DNA from: a candidate division WOR-3 bacterium
GTDB lineage: Bacteria; Hydrothermota; Tepidihabitantia; Tepidihabitantales; Tepidihabitantaceae
Length of the DNA stretch: 63,326 nucleotides
Assembly: GCA_026397595.1 (NCBI GenBank)
Contig: JAPLUO010000214.1
Span: 1 to 63,326 of the forward strand
Reading direction: 5' to 3'
Part shown: in pieces, positions 1 to 7,635 of the stretch
Position numbering within the stretch: the first letter of the stretch is position 1
Layout: each line of letters starts with the position of its first letter
Made by a program: the position numbers and the translations under genes
The notes under the pieces: generated by a model
Database searches by the model: none
What the model was told of the DNA's origin: nothing
Seen by the model: only the letters and a program-made list of their open reading frames with translations

Positions 1-805
1 GGGAAAAGGTACTGCAAGCGATACAGCCATGGCTGGTCCGGTTAATCGGACATTGCCCCTACTGCAAGACGCAATTCCCTCCACCTCTCATTGACTACAC
101 ATAACATAGTAATACTAGGAGCGATACTAGGCAAGATTCTAGCACTCCTATGTCCTGGCATAGACCCTGCCCATATACTTGACTCCGTCCCAATGGGACT
201 AGCCCCTGGGCTACCCCCGGGCTCCCCCCAGGGAGGCCCCAGGGTAGGCGGTCAGGACGTATGTCGTATACATCCTGCGGTACGCCGGCGCATACGCCAG
301 CAGCGTATACGTCGCCATCTACCACACTACTTATCGACCAATGTACCTTAGGTAGTAAGAGAGGTAGACATTGCAGGTCACCTGTCGCGTTCTCTTGGCT
401 GTCGGATTCGGTTGCCTATGTACCGTTCTTGCAGCCATTTATGTCGCCAGTGCGAGTCCAACTGCGATTGCTGCCCTGCCATATCTGGTTTTACCACGAA
501 CGTGCAGGATTCTGATTGATTCAGCGCCAGAAACGCCGATGCAGACGATGATAGCCCTGCTTTCAGCCTCGGCGTCGCGGTTCGCTCAACCAAGAGCAGC
601 TCGGGAGACAAGGGAATGCCCATCCCTCTCCGTCCTCCGTCCCCTTTCCTCCCCTCCGGCGTGCCATTCTGCACTCTGCATTCTGCATTCTGCATTTTGA
701 TTCGGTTCCGCCAACTTCCAGTCTTCAGTCCTCAGCCCTCCCCTCCGGCCTGCCGTCTTGTGCTCTGCGAAGCTCGCACAGGCCGGCGAACTGCGGCCCG
801 CGCTC

Positions 806-834
806 TTGACCTAACGCCGAGAAGAGGTTATATT
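806..834 (+). promoter_or_regulatory. sigma70-like promoter candidate for the first toxin-antitoxin pair
   Basis: TTGACC (806-811), 17-nt spacer, TATATT (829-834). It lies about 25 nt upstream of the ATG at 859, which follows a GAGGTAGG Shine-Dalgarno-like run. Confidence 0.4.
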
Positions 835-858
835 GACCCATGAAAAGTGAGGTAGGAA

Positions 859-1068
859 ATGAAGGCACTTGATGAAGTTGTTGAATACACTCGTGGGTTG
901 CCTGAAGACTTGCAGGAGCGCGTACGAGACTACGCGAAGTCACTCAGAGCGAAGAGGGCAAGGAGACCAATCGGCAAGATGCGCCTCGACTGGCGGGGGC
1001 TTCTTCGGGACATGCGCGACGAGTACACCTCGGTTGAGCTTCAGCACAAGATTAGCGAATGGCGGTGA
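859..1068 (+). CDS. small antitoxin (DUF2281/VapB-like) paired with the PIN toxin
   Basis: 69 aa. The C-terminal segment ...LDWRGLLRDMRDEYTSVELQHKISEWR is typical of antitoxins encoded just upstream of PIN genes. Its stop lies 3 nt before the vapC start. Confidence 0.6.
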   Translation: MKALDEVVEYTRGLPEDLQERVRDYAKSLRAKRARRPIGKMRLDWRGLLRDMRDEYTSVELQHKISEWR

Positions 1069-1071
1069 GCC

Positions 1072-1536
1072 GTGTCCTATCAGCTTGACACGAACATCCT
1101 TCTCGAGTTCCTGTTGGACCAGGAGAGGGCCGACGATGTCGAGCGTTTTCTGAGAGTCGTTCCCCAGGAATTGCTGTTCGTCACCGAGTTCAGCGTCCAC
1201 TCTATCGGGGTCCTGCTTCTGCGGCGCAAACTCCATGCCGGATTCATCCGTTTTGTCGAGGATATTCTGATCACCGGAGCAATCACGATTGTTCGGCTTG
1301 AGGTGGAGGACCTGCCTGCCGTCAGCAGGACCGCCGAGCGGAAGGGCCTGAGCTTCGACGATGCCTATCAGTACGTCGCGGCGGAGAAGCACAACCTGAC
1401 TCTGGTCAGCTTCGACTCCGACTTCGACCGAACCGACCACGGCAGAAAGACGCCCGCAGACATACTCGGTGAACCACCAGTTGCCCACGACAAGCCGCCG
1501 ACGAAACCTGCCCGCCGTCGAAGCCGCAAGCGGTGA
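1072..1536 (+). CDS. vapC: PIN-domain ribonuclease toxin VapC with an atypical basic C-terminal tail
   Basis: The conserved acidic PIN positions are visible (LDTNIL..., TEFSV..., FDDAYQ..., FDSDFD). The last ~16 aa (DKPPTKPARRRSRKR) are encoded by a 73-bp repeat shared with the ParE-like gene. Confidence 0.8.
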   Translation: MSYQLDTNILLEFLLDQERADDVERFLRVVPQELLFVTEFSVHSIGVLLLRRKLHAGFIRFVEDILITGAITIVRLEVEDLPAVSRTAERKGLSFDDAYQYVAAEKHNLTLVSFDSDFDRTDHGRKTPADILGEPPVAHDKPPTKPARRRSRKR

Positions 1537-1561
1537 GCCGTCCTGCTTGTGAATTGCCAAC
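1489..1561 (+). repeat. 73-bp direct repeat copy 1, forming the 3' end and stop codon of vapC
   Basis: gacaagccgccgacgaaacctgcccgccgtcgaagccgcaagcggtgagccgtcctgcttgtgaattgccaac. About 90% identical by eye to 2276-2348. Confidence 0.85.
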
Positions 1562-1727
1562 TGCAGATTGATACTTCGTACCTCACGCCGCTGGCGCGGC
1601 TTGGCCCCGTCCAGAACCGGCCTATCCTCATTCTGATGGAGACCACGTTCCTTCAGGTATTAGCGGGCAGACGACATTCCGTAGCTGCCGCTGGAAGGGA
1701 ACGTGATACCTGCGAAAGGAGCAAGAC

Positions 1728-1949
1728 ATGACACGACGTGCGCAGGACGTTGTTGAGCAAATCAAGGCGCTTCCTGATACCGAGAAACTGGCGGTGGTTG
1801 ACAGCATCCTGTACGAGCTGGACAAGCCTGACCCGGCAATAGACCGGGTCTGGGCCGATGAGGCCAGAGCCAGATGGCGGGCGTACCGGCAGGGCCGCGC
1901 TGACCATGTCTCTTACGCTGAAGTCATGGCCCGGTACCGGCGCAAGTGA
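1728..1949 (+). CDS. addiction-module antitoxin (putative addiction module component family, TIGR02574-like)
   Basis: 73 aa with ...QIKALPDTEKLAVVDSILYELDKPDPAIDRVWADEARARWRAYRQGR.... It overlaps the downstream toxin start by 4 nt. Confidence 0.7.
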   Translation: MTRRAQDVVEQIKALPDTEKLAVVDSILYELDKPDPAIDRVWADEARARWRAYRQGRADHVSYAEVMARYRRK

Positions 1950-2323
1950 CAATCCGCTTCCTCTCCGTAGCACGGCAGGAACTCGATGATGCCTTCGCAT
2001 GGTACGAACGTCAATCGGCCGGACTTGGCTATGAGTTCCTCGATGAGCTGGACCGGGTGGTTCGTCGCATCAATGCCTACCCTGACTCATGCGCGGAGTT
2101 GACTCACGGTCTGCGCCGGGCGTTACTCAGTCGCTTTCCATACGGCCTGGTCTATGGCAGAGAAGCTGACTCAATCGTGATAGTAGCCGTGGCGCACCTC
2201 CACCGCGAACCGCGTTACTGGATGGACCGCCTTGCGTCAGAGGGCGAGGAACAAGGTGGCGAGTTCCGAGCTTCAGACAAGCCGCCGACGAAGCCTGCCC
2301 GCGCTCGAAGCCGCAAGCGGTGA
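1946..2323 (+). CDS. ParE/RelE-family toxin (plasmid stabilisation type) with the same basic C-terminal tail
   Basis: IRFLSVARQELDDAFAWYERQSAGLGYEFLDELDRVVRRINAYP...RFPYGLVYGREADSIVIVAVAHLHREPRYW is ParE-like. The tail DKPPTKPARARSRKR comes from repeat copy 2. Confidence 0.75.
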   Translation: MTIRFLSVARQELDDAFAWYERQSAGLGYEFLDELDRVVRRINAYPDSCAELTHGLRRALLSRFPYGLVYGREADSIVIVAVAHLHREPRYWMDRLASEGEEQGGEFRASDKPPTKPARARSRKR

Positions 2324-2348
2324 GCCGTCCTGCCTGCAAACTGCCAAC
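2276..2348 (+). repeat. 73-bp direct repeat copy 2, forming the 3' end and stop codon of the ParE-like gene
   Basis: gacaagccgccgacgaagcctgcccgcgctcgaagccgcaagcggtgagccgtcctgcctgcaaactgccaac. Confidence 0.85.
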
Positions 2349-2418
2349 CGGGAACTGGAAACTCGCGCGCTAGCGGGTCTGCTTGACTCGCGCGGCGCTG
2401 CGCTTATTCTCTTGCCGC

Positions 2419-2652
2419 ATGGGTACGCCTGCCCCCGCACCGATTCTTGACCTTGTCGACCGCTTCGACCAAGACCGCAAGGTCTTCCTCTCCGGCGACT
2501 ACAAGGAAGAACAACTCCGCGCCGAGTTCGACCAGAGGACTTGCCATCTTCGATTCCTCAACCCCTTGTTGACTGTGCTCGGTCAGATCTACGAACAGTT
2601 CCTCGGCAAAGTCATCCGGCTCACTGCCGGCCATCAGGCCAAGGTCGAAGAA
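2419..2652 (+). pseudogene. 5' remnant of a type IIG RM enzyme / Eco57I-like N6-adenine methylase gene, with an internal deletion
   Basis: PILDLVDRFDQDRKVFLSGDYKEEQLRAEF matches the N-terminal motif of this family. It is fused directly to LGQIYEQFLGKVIRLTAGHQAKVEE, a motif that normally lies well downstream. No catalytic NPPY region follows. Confidence 0.55.
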
Positions 2653-2868
2653 AGGTCCAAGGGCCTTGTTCCCACCCGTGCACTTGACGGGTCGTCCGCC
2701 CCGCGTAAACTGTCCGCGATGCCATGCGAACCCCGTCCGGCATTGACGGAAGTAGAATTGTTTATCATGTCAACGGAATTGCCCGAGCTTGGCGAACGAC
2801 GCCACCCGGGCGCGTAATCGGAAAGGCGACGCGGACATGGACTGCGTCTCAAGCGATCCACTGGCGGG

Positions 2869-3819
2869 ATGCCGCGGCTAGGGCTCTCCAGGAACGTATC
2901 TATCAAAATCCACTTGGATACAGACATTGGCGGGGACATTGACGACCTATGCGCAATGGCAATGCTGCTGAAGTGGGATGACCTGGAAGTCACCGGGATT
3001 ACTACAACTGCGGACGACGGTGGTAGACGCGCGGGATACGCCAAGTACGTTCTGAAACTGGCCGAAAGAGAGGAGATTCCAGTCGCCGCCGGGGCAGATG
3101 TCTCCTCGTCGGACTATCGCTACAAGCCAGGCTATCCACCTGAAGAAGTGTATTGGCCTGAGCCGATTGACCCAGCACCGAATCCCGCTGATGACGCGAT
3201 TGAGCTTTTGAAGAAGAGCATTGAGAAGGGAGCACTTGTCGTTGGCATTGGCCCATACACAAACCTAGCTCTTCTAGATAGAAAGTACCCCGGGTTGCTG
3301 AACAAGACGAAGCTCTTCCTGATGGGTGGATGCATCTACCCCGCAAGAGAGGGCTTTCCCATCTGGGGCAACGATATGGACTACAATGTCCAGCTTGATG
3401 CTGCTTCTGCGAAACACTGTATTGAGTGTCTGAATCCAACGCTCATTCCACTTACCGTGACAATCGAGACCGCTCTTCGGAAAGCCTATTTACCCGAGCT
3501 GGAAAGATCAGGCCCTGTCGGCAGGCTCATCGCCAGACAAGCGCGGGCTTTTGCAGGAGACTGGGATAACGAACGCAGGTACGGAAGAACATGTGACGGG
3601 CTACCGCCGGACATGATCAGCTTCCAGCACGATTCTCTAGCCTGTGCCGTGGCGGCAGGATGGTGTGGCGCAAGAACTGAGATGGTCCCACTGGAACTGG
3701 AAGCAGAGGATGGATGGTTGTGCGAGAGCGTCTCGAAGTCAGGCAGACCGACTTCCGTGGTAACAGAGATCGACAGAGGAGCATTCAATCAGTTCTGGCT
3801 GGACACCGTCATCTCGTGA
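2869..3819 (+). CDS. nucleoside hydrolase (IUNH family)
   Basis: N-terminal DTDIGGDIDD aspartate cluster, with family-like similarity continuing through ...GPYTNLALL.... Confidence 0.8.
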   Translation: MPRLGLSRNVSIKIHLDTDIGGDIDDLCAMAMLLKWDDLEVTGITTTADDGGRRAGYAKYVLKLAEREEIPVAAGADVSSSDYRYKPGYPPEEVYWPEPIDPAPNPADDAIELLKKSIEKGALVVGIGPYTNLALLDRKYPGLLNKTKLFLMGGCIYPAREGFPIWGNDMDYNVQLDAASAKHCIECLNPTLIPLTVTIETALRKAYLPELERSGPVGRLIARQARAFAGDWDNERRYGRTCDGLPPDMISFQHDSLACAVAAGWCGARTEMVPLELEAEDGWLCESVSKSGRPTSVVTEIDRGAFNQFWLDTVIS

Positions 3820-3888
3820 GCGGGAATTCCAGTTCACGTGAGGGGGAAATGCGGGGGGAAATGCGGGACACTTCCCGTACTTCAGAGC

Positions 3889-3960
3889 GATGTCAAGGCG
3901 CGGCAGGAAGAGGTGGTCGAGTTGGTGGAAATGCGGCTGAAGTCGCACAAGGACTTGCCC
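3889..3960 (+). repeat. RM-tail repeat R1
   Basis: GATGTCAAGGCGCGGCAGGAAGAGGTGGTCGAGTTGGTGGAAATGCGGCTGAAGTCGCACAAGGACTTGCCC, reading DVKARQEEVVELVEMRLKSHKDLP. Homologous to 4985-5060. Confidence 0.8.
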
Positions 3961-3990
3961 CTGAGACAAGCGAGGGAGGGGTCGCACCCG

Positions 3991-4941
3991 GTGACGTTCG
4001 TTGACCGCCTTGTGTCAGGCGTGCTGGCGAAGAGAAGCCACGTTGTTGTTGGGCTCGACCCTGTGTACGAGGACATACCGGCACCTGTACGCCGTCGATA
4101 CGCCAAAACGCTTCGCGGAGCAAGCCTCGCCAGCGCCGAGTTCAACTTCCGCATCATAGACGCAGTATGCGACATCGTACCGGCTATCAAACCACAGATT
4201 GCTTTCTACGAGAGGTACGGCATCGAAGGAATCAAGGCATTCCTTCAGACCGTCATCTACGGGAAGAAGAAGGGGTTGGTTGTTATCGAGGATGCCAAGC
4301 GAAGCGACATTGGCTCAACTGCGGCAGCCTACTCGCAGGGCCACATCGGGCGGGTGAGCATTGCCGGTCGCAGCTTCTCGCCGATCGACGTGGATGCCAT
4401 GACAGTGAATGCATATCTGGGCAGCGACGGCGTGCTGCCCTTTGTAGAGGATGTGGTGAACCACGGCAAGGGCATATTCGTACTGGTCAAGACATCAAAC
4501 CCGACATCAATCGAGATACAGGATGTGACCGTTGTCGTTCGTGGAAAGCGCTTGAAGCTGTACGAGGTCATGGCGCATCTTGTCGACAACTGGGGCAGAC
4601 GTGCGATGGGGGATTGCGGGTATTCTTCTGTGGGAGCTGTCGTCGGCGCCACGTTCCCGGAGGAAGCCAAGAAACTGCGCGAGCTCATGCCCAGAGCGTA
4701 TTTCCTTGTCCCAGGCTTCGGTGCCCAGGGTGGCACAGCGGCTGATGTGGTTGGCTGTTTCAATAGCGACGGCCTCGGGGCCTTGGTTTCCGCCTCAAGA
4801 AGCGTGATCTATGCCTACAAGCGCACTCCCGGCTTGGCCGGGCAGCGTTTCGCTGACGCAGCCAGAGCCGCCATTGTCACGATGAACGAGGATGTGAACG
4901 GCGTGCTGGCCAGGGACAAGAAACTTCTTTGGCAGAGGTGA
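3991..4941 (+). CDS. pyrF: orotidine-5'-phosphate decarboxylase, type 2
   Basis: HVVVGLDPV..., IKPQIAFYERYG..., VIEDAKRSDIGSTAAAY..., FVLVKTSNP.... I trimmed the start to the in-frame GTG at 3991, after a GGAGG run. The ORF-track N-terminus (3838-3990) is repeat R1, not PyrF. Confidence 0.8.
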   Translation: MTFVDRLVSGVLAKRSHVVVGLDPVYEDIPAPVRRRYAKTLRGASLASAEFNFRIIDAVCDIVPAIKPQIAFYERYGIEGIKAFLQTVIYGKKKGLVVIEDAKRSDIGSTAAAYSQGHIGRVSIAGRSFSPIDVDAMTVNAYLGSDGVLPFVEDVVNHGKGIFVLVKTSNPTSIEIQDVTVVVRGKRLKLYEVMAHLVDNWGRRAMGDCGYSSVGAVVGATFPEEAKKLRELMPRAYFLVPGFGAQGGTAADVVGCFNSDGLGALVSASRSVIYAYKRTPGLAGQRFADAARAAIVTMNEDVNGVLARDKKLLWQR

Positions 4942-4975
4942 AGGGAAGAAGGGCAAGCCCTGAACGCTCCCCATA

Positions 4976-5224
4976 ATGCTGAGCGGTGTCAAGGCGCGGC
5001 ATGACAGGATGGTCGGTCTGGGCGAGATGATGCTGAAGCTGCACAAGGACCTGCCCAAGGCCAAGACGCCGCACGAGCAGGAATCCCTCCAGCGCCAGAT
5101 AGCGGCAACCGATAGGCAGATAGACACCTTCGTGTACGAGCTGTATGGACTGACGGAAGAGGAGGTTAGGATTGTGGAGGCAGTGCCAACTCGCGAGGCG
5201 AGCGTGGGAGGTAAGTCGAAATGA
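4976..5224 (+). pseudogene. 3' remnant of the type IIG RM/methylase gene (repeat R2, the most complete copy)
   Basis: VKARHDRMVGLGEMMLKLHKDLPKAKTPHEQESLQRQIAATDRQIDTFVYELYGLTEEEVRIVEA is the characteristic extreme C-terminus of TaqI_C/Eco57I-like enzymes. It is the only copy that is open to a stop codon, and that stop overlaps the next gene's start (ATGA). Confidence 0.6.
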
Positions 5225-5499
5225 AGATCTTCTTCTACATGAAGCGCAATCCCCGGAACATCAGCGGCGTTAGCTACAAGATATGGAAGATTGAGCGGAA
5301 AGGACGGAAGGTCACCACATGGTGGGCGCCGGCCGAGTGCATTGGTCGCAGGGTATGCCCAGCGCGAGCCCTTCAAACCCATGCACTTCGCTTCCGTTCG
5401 GAACGTGATGCTGTCGACGACGAACGGCGGCGCGTGCAGAGCAAGCTTGCCAAAGGCTACGAACGGTTGCCCCGGATTCGACCGTGGGCACGTTTGTAG
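5221..5499 (+). CDS. small WGR-domain protein
   Basis: YKIWKIERKGRKVTTWWAP...ERDAVDDERRRVQSKLAKGYE resembles the WGR fold pattern (W..G...f.s...A......K..KGY). Confidence 0.45.
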   Translation: MKIFFYMKRNPRNISGVSYKIWKIERKGRKVTTWWAPAECIGRRVCPARALQTHALRFRSERDAVDDERRRVQSKLAKGYERLPRIRPWARL

Positions 5500-5576
5500 G
5501 CTCAATGCAATGGGATAACCATGGACAGTCCCCTACTTGATGACGATATCAAGGCGCTGCGTGACGGAGCTGCTGT

Positions 5577-6029
5577 ATGACATGCTTTGAAAGCCTGAGC
5601 GTCTGGACTGCCGTCGCTTCAGCGCTCTCAGCCACTGTGGGCCTGCTACTGACTGCCAAAGCCCTCCGGGCCAACACTATACAGCGGAACTTGGACCTCT
5701 TCGTCAAGTACTACCAGCGAGTGGTCGATGCTGCCGACCGAATGACGCAAGCAGGCGATCCCAAGGAGCACCGGCGCTTAGTATTCGGTCTTGGCGTAGA
5801 GCTAGAGGGATTCGCGTTCCTCGTCAACAACGGGTACTTGAATGACCGCAAGATGATTGACTTCTGGAAGCCAACTCTGCTCGGCTGGCATGAGGAGCTG
5901 TTCCCGCCCCGCATTCCCGACTGGAGTGACCCCAAGAACTACGTTGAGTTCAAGAAACTGTGTCGTAGTCTGAAAGTCTCTGAGAACAACATGCCTGATG
6001 TTGACAGCCGGCACGGCACGACCGGGTAG
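5577..6029 (+). CDS. hypothetical protein with an N-terminal membrane anchor
   Basis: 150 aa with one hydrophobic helix (VWTAVASALSATVGLLLTA). No family recognised. Confidence 0.4.
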   Translation: MTCFESLSVWTAVASALSATVGLLLTAKALRANTIQRNLDLFVKYYQRVVDAADRMTQAGDPKEHRRLVFGLGVELEGFAFLVNNGYLNDRKMIDFWKPTLLGWHEELFPPRIPDWSDPKNYVEFKKLCRSLKVSENNMPDVDSRHGTTG

Positions 6030-6037
6030 TCGCGGCG

Positions 6038-6140
6038 ATGCTGAATCTGCACAAGGCCTTGCCCAGGGCCAAGACGCCGCATGAGCAGGAATCCCTCCAG
6101 CGCCAAGTCGTCGCTAGCGACAGCCAGACTGACTCGTTGG
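6038..6140 (+). repeat. RM-tail repeat R3
   Basis: Reads MLNLHKALPRAKTPHEQESLQRQVVASDSQTDSL. The DNA is clearly homologous to 5025-5130. It starts 9 nt after the upstream stop codon. Confidence 0.8.
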
Positions 6141-6239
6141 CATGTAGCCGGGAAGCTGCCACGGATGCGTGGCGGGAAAGAGTGTCATGATGAAGGACTT
6201 GACCCCGCTTCTCAGTACGTCCTATTGTGGTGTTGAGAG

Positions 6240-6692
6240 ATGACATTCCCGACTAGGCATGTCGCGCGTGTCATAATCATTGACGGTGCGGACTCCGTCT
6301 TGCTTTGCAGGTACTCGGAGACCATTGACGACCTCGCGGTCTGCTATTGGGTTCCTCCCGGAGGGGCGCTGGAGGCGGGAGAGGACCATCATGCGGCGGC
6401 TCTTCGTGAGACCAGAGAGGAAACCGGTCTGGTCGTGCAACTTGGCCGTCAACTCTGTGAGAGGCGGTTCATCTTACACATGCAGGATGGACCCGTTGAC
6501 CAGATCGAGCGCTACTTTCTTGCCCGACTCTCTTCAGTGAAGCCCGAGGTGGCCAACTCTCTCGGTGAGGACATTCAGGAACTGCGCTGGTGGCCGTTCC
6601 ACGACCTTCGGTTCACGACCGAGAGGATCTATCCGGAGGGTCTTGTGGAGCAGCTCTCGAGTCTGATGGCTGGGACCCGTATCTCCAAGTGA
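6240..6692 (+). CDS. NUDIX hydrolase
   Basis: Nudix box GGALEAGEDHHAAALRETREETGL. The stop codon lies inside repeat R4. Confidence 0.85.
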   Translation: MTFPTRHVARVIIIDGADSVLLCRYSETIDDLAVCYWVPPGGALEAGEDHHAAALRETREETGLVVQLGRQLCERRFILHMQDGPVDQIERYFLARLSSVKPEVANSLGEDIQELRWWPFHDLRFTTERIYPEGLVEQLSSLMAGTRISK

Positions 6693-6800
6693 TGTCAAGG
6701 CGAGGCATGACAAGATGGTCGAGTTGGTCGAGACGATGATGACAACCGATAGCTTACGGCTGACAGCTTGCGGCTTGCAGCTCACGGCTGACAGCCTCGG
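6691..6800 (+). repeat. RM-tail repeat R4 plus a low-complexity word tail
   Basis: GATGTCAAGGCGAGGCATGACAAGATGGTCGAGTTGGTCGAGACGATGATG (DVKARHDKMVELVETMM), followed by cggctgacagc/gcttgc word repeats. Confidence 0.8.
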
Positions 6801-6809
6801 CAAAGCGGT

Positions 6810-7553
6810 GTGAGTGAGATGTCTCCGAAATCCGGCCGGGTCGTGAAGCCAGCGACGGGCAGTTCGGAATCACCTGTTTCCGGTGAACTCGTAAGCGCCC
6901 GGGAGTTCTGGGACCGTTGCTTCAAGGAGGTCGCTCCCGATGTTAAGGATGCGCCTCCTGGCCGCGACCTCTCTGAGATCGTCAACCGCCTGCGAGCAGC
7001 GTCGGCGGTCGATGTGCTTGATGTGGGCTGCGGGCTCGGCCGCTGGAGCGTGACTCTGGCACGAGCCGGGTTTCGGGTTCTCGCGGTGGACGTGTCGTCC
7101 GAAGCGGTGAGGATCGTACGCGAGAGAGCGCAACGTGAGGGTCTGGCCATCAGCACGGCAGTCTGCGCCGCTCAGGAGCTATCTCGGCCGGGCGTCCATG
7201 TTGATGCGGTGGTGTGCAACTCGGTGCTCGACCACATGCGCCCGCATGATGCGGACATGGCCGCAACGAACATCATGCAGACGTTGAAGCCTGGCGGCCT
7301 GGCGTACGTATCGTTCGACGGCCTCGACATCGGAGACACCGGTCCTGAAGTGCGACAGAACTACCGTGTCGCCGCGGACGGTACATGGGAATACGTGCGC
7401 GGCCCGCGAAGAGGAATGATCTGGCGGTACTACCAGGACCCGGAGATACGCAGGCTGTTTCGGGAGTTCGAGGAAGTAGAGTTCTCTGTCTGGAATACCG
7501 GGCAGCGACGCACCTGGTTCCGCAAACCAATCAGGGACAGTCACCCGACATGA
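6810..7553 (+). CDS. class I SAM-dependent methyltransferase
   Basis: Motif I VLDVGCGLGRWSVTLARAGFRVLAVDVS, and later LKPGGLAYVSF. Confidence 0.8.
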   Translation: MSEMSPKSGRVVKPATGSSESPVSGELVSAREFWDRCFKEVAPDVKDAPPGRDLSEIVNRLRAASAVDVLDVGCGLGRWSVTLARAGFRVLAVDVSSEAVRIVRERAQREGLAISTAVCAAQELSRPGVHVDAVVCNSVLDHMRPHDADMAATNIMQTLKPGGLAYVSFDGLDIGDTGPEVRQNYRVAADGTWEYVRGPRRGMIWRYYQDPEIRRLFREFEEVEFSVWNTGQRRTWFRKPIRDSHPT

Positions 7554-7635
7554 AGACGGCGGCAAGGTGCGGCGGGTGACGCGTGCCGGAGTTGCCATAT
7601 CTGCTAAAAGCAGGAGAATAGACGCTCTGCTATCA

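Noticed and set aside
3838-3990. ORF-track N-terminus of pyrF (and similarly 8793-9035 for the second M16, and 10593-10667 for the lipoprotein)
   Set aside because: These extensions are translations of RM-tail or word repeats or of the upstream gene's 3' end. Conserved N-termini with SD or signal peptides start further downstream.
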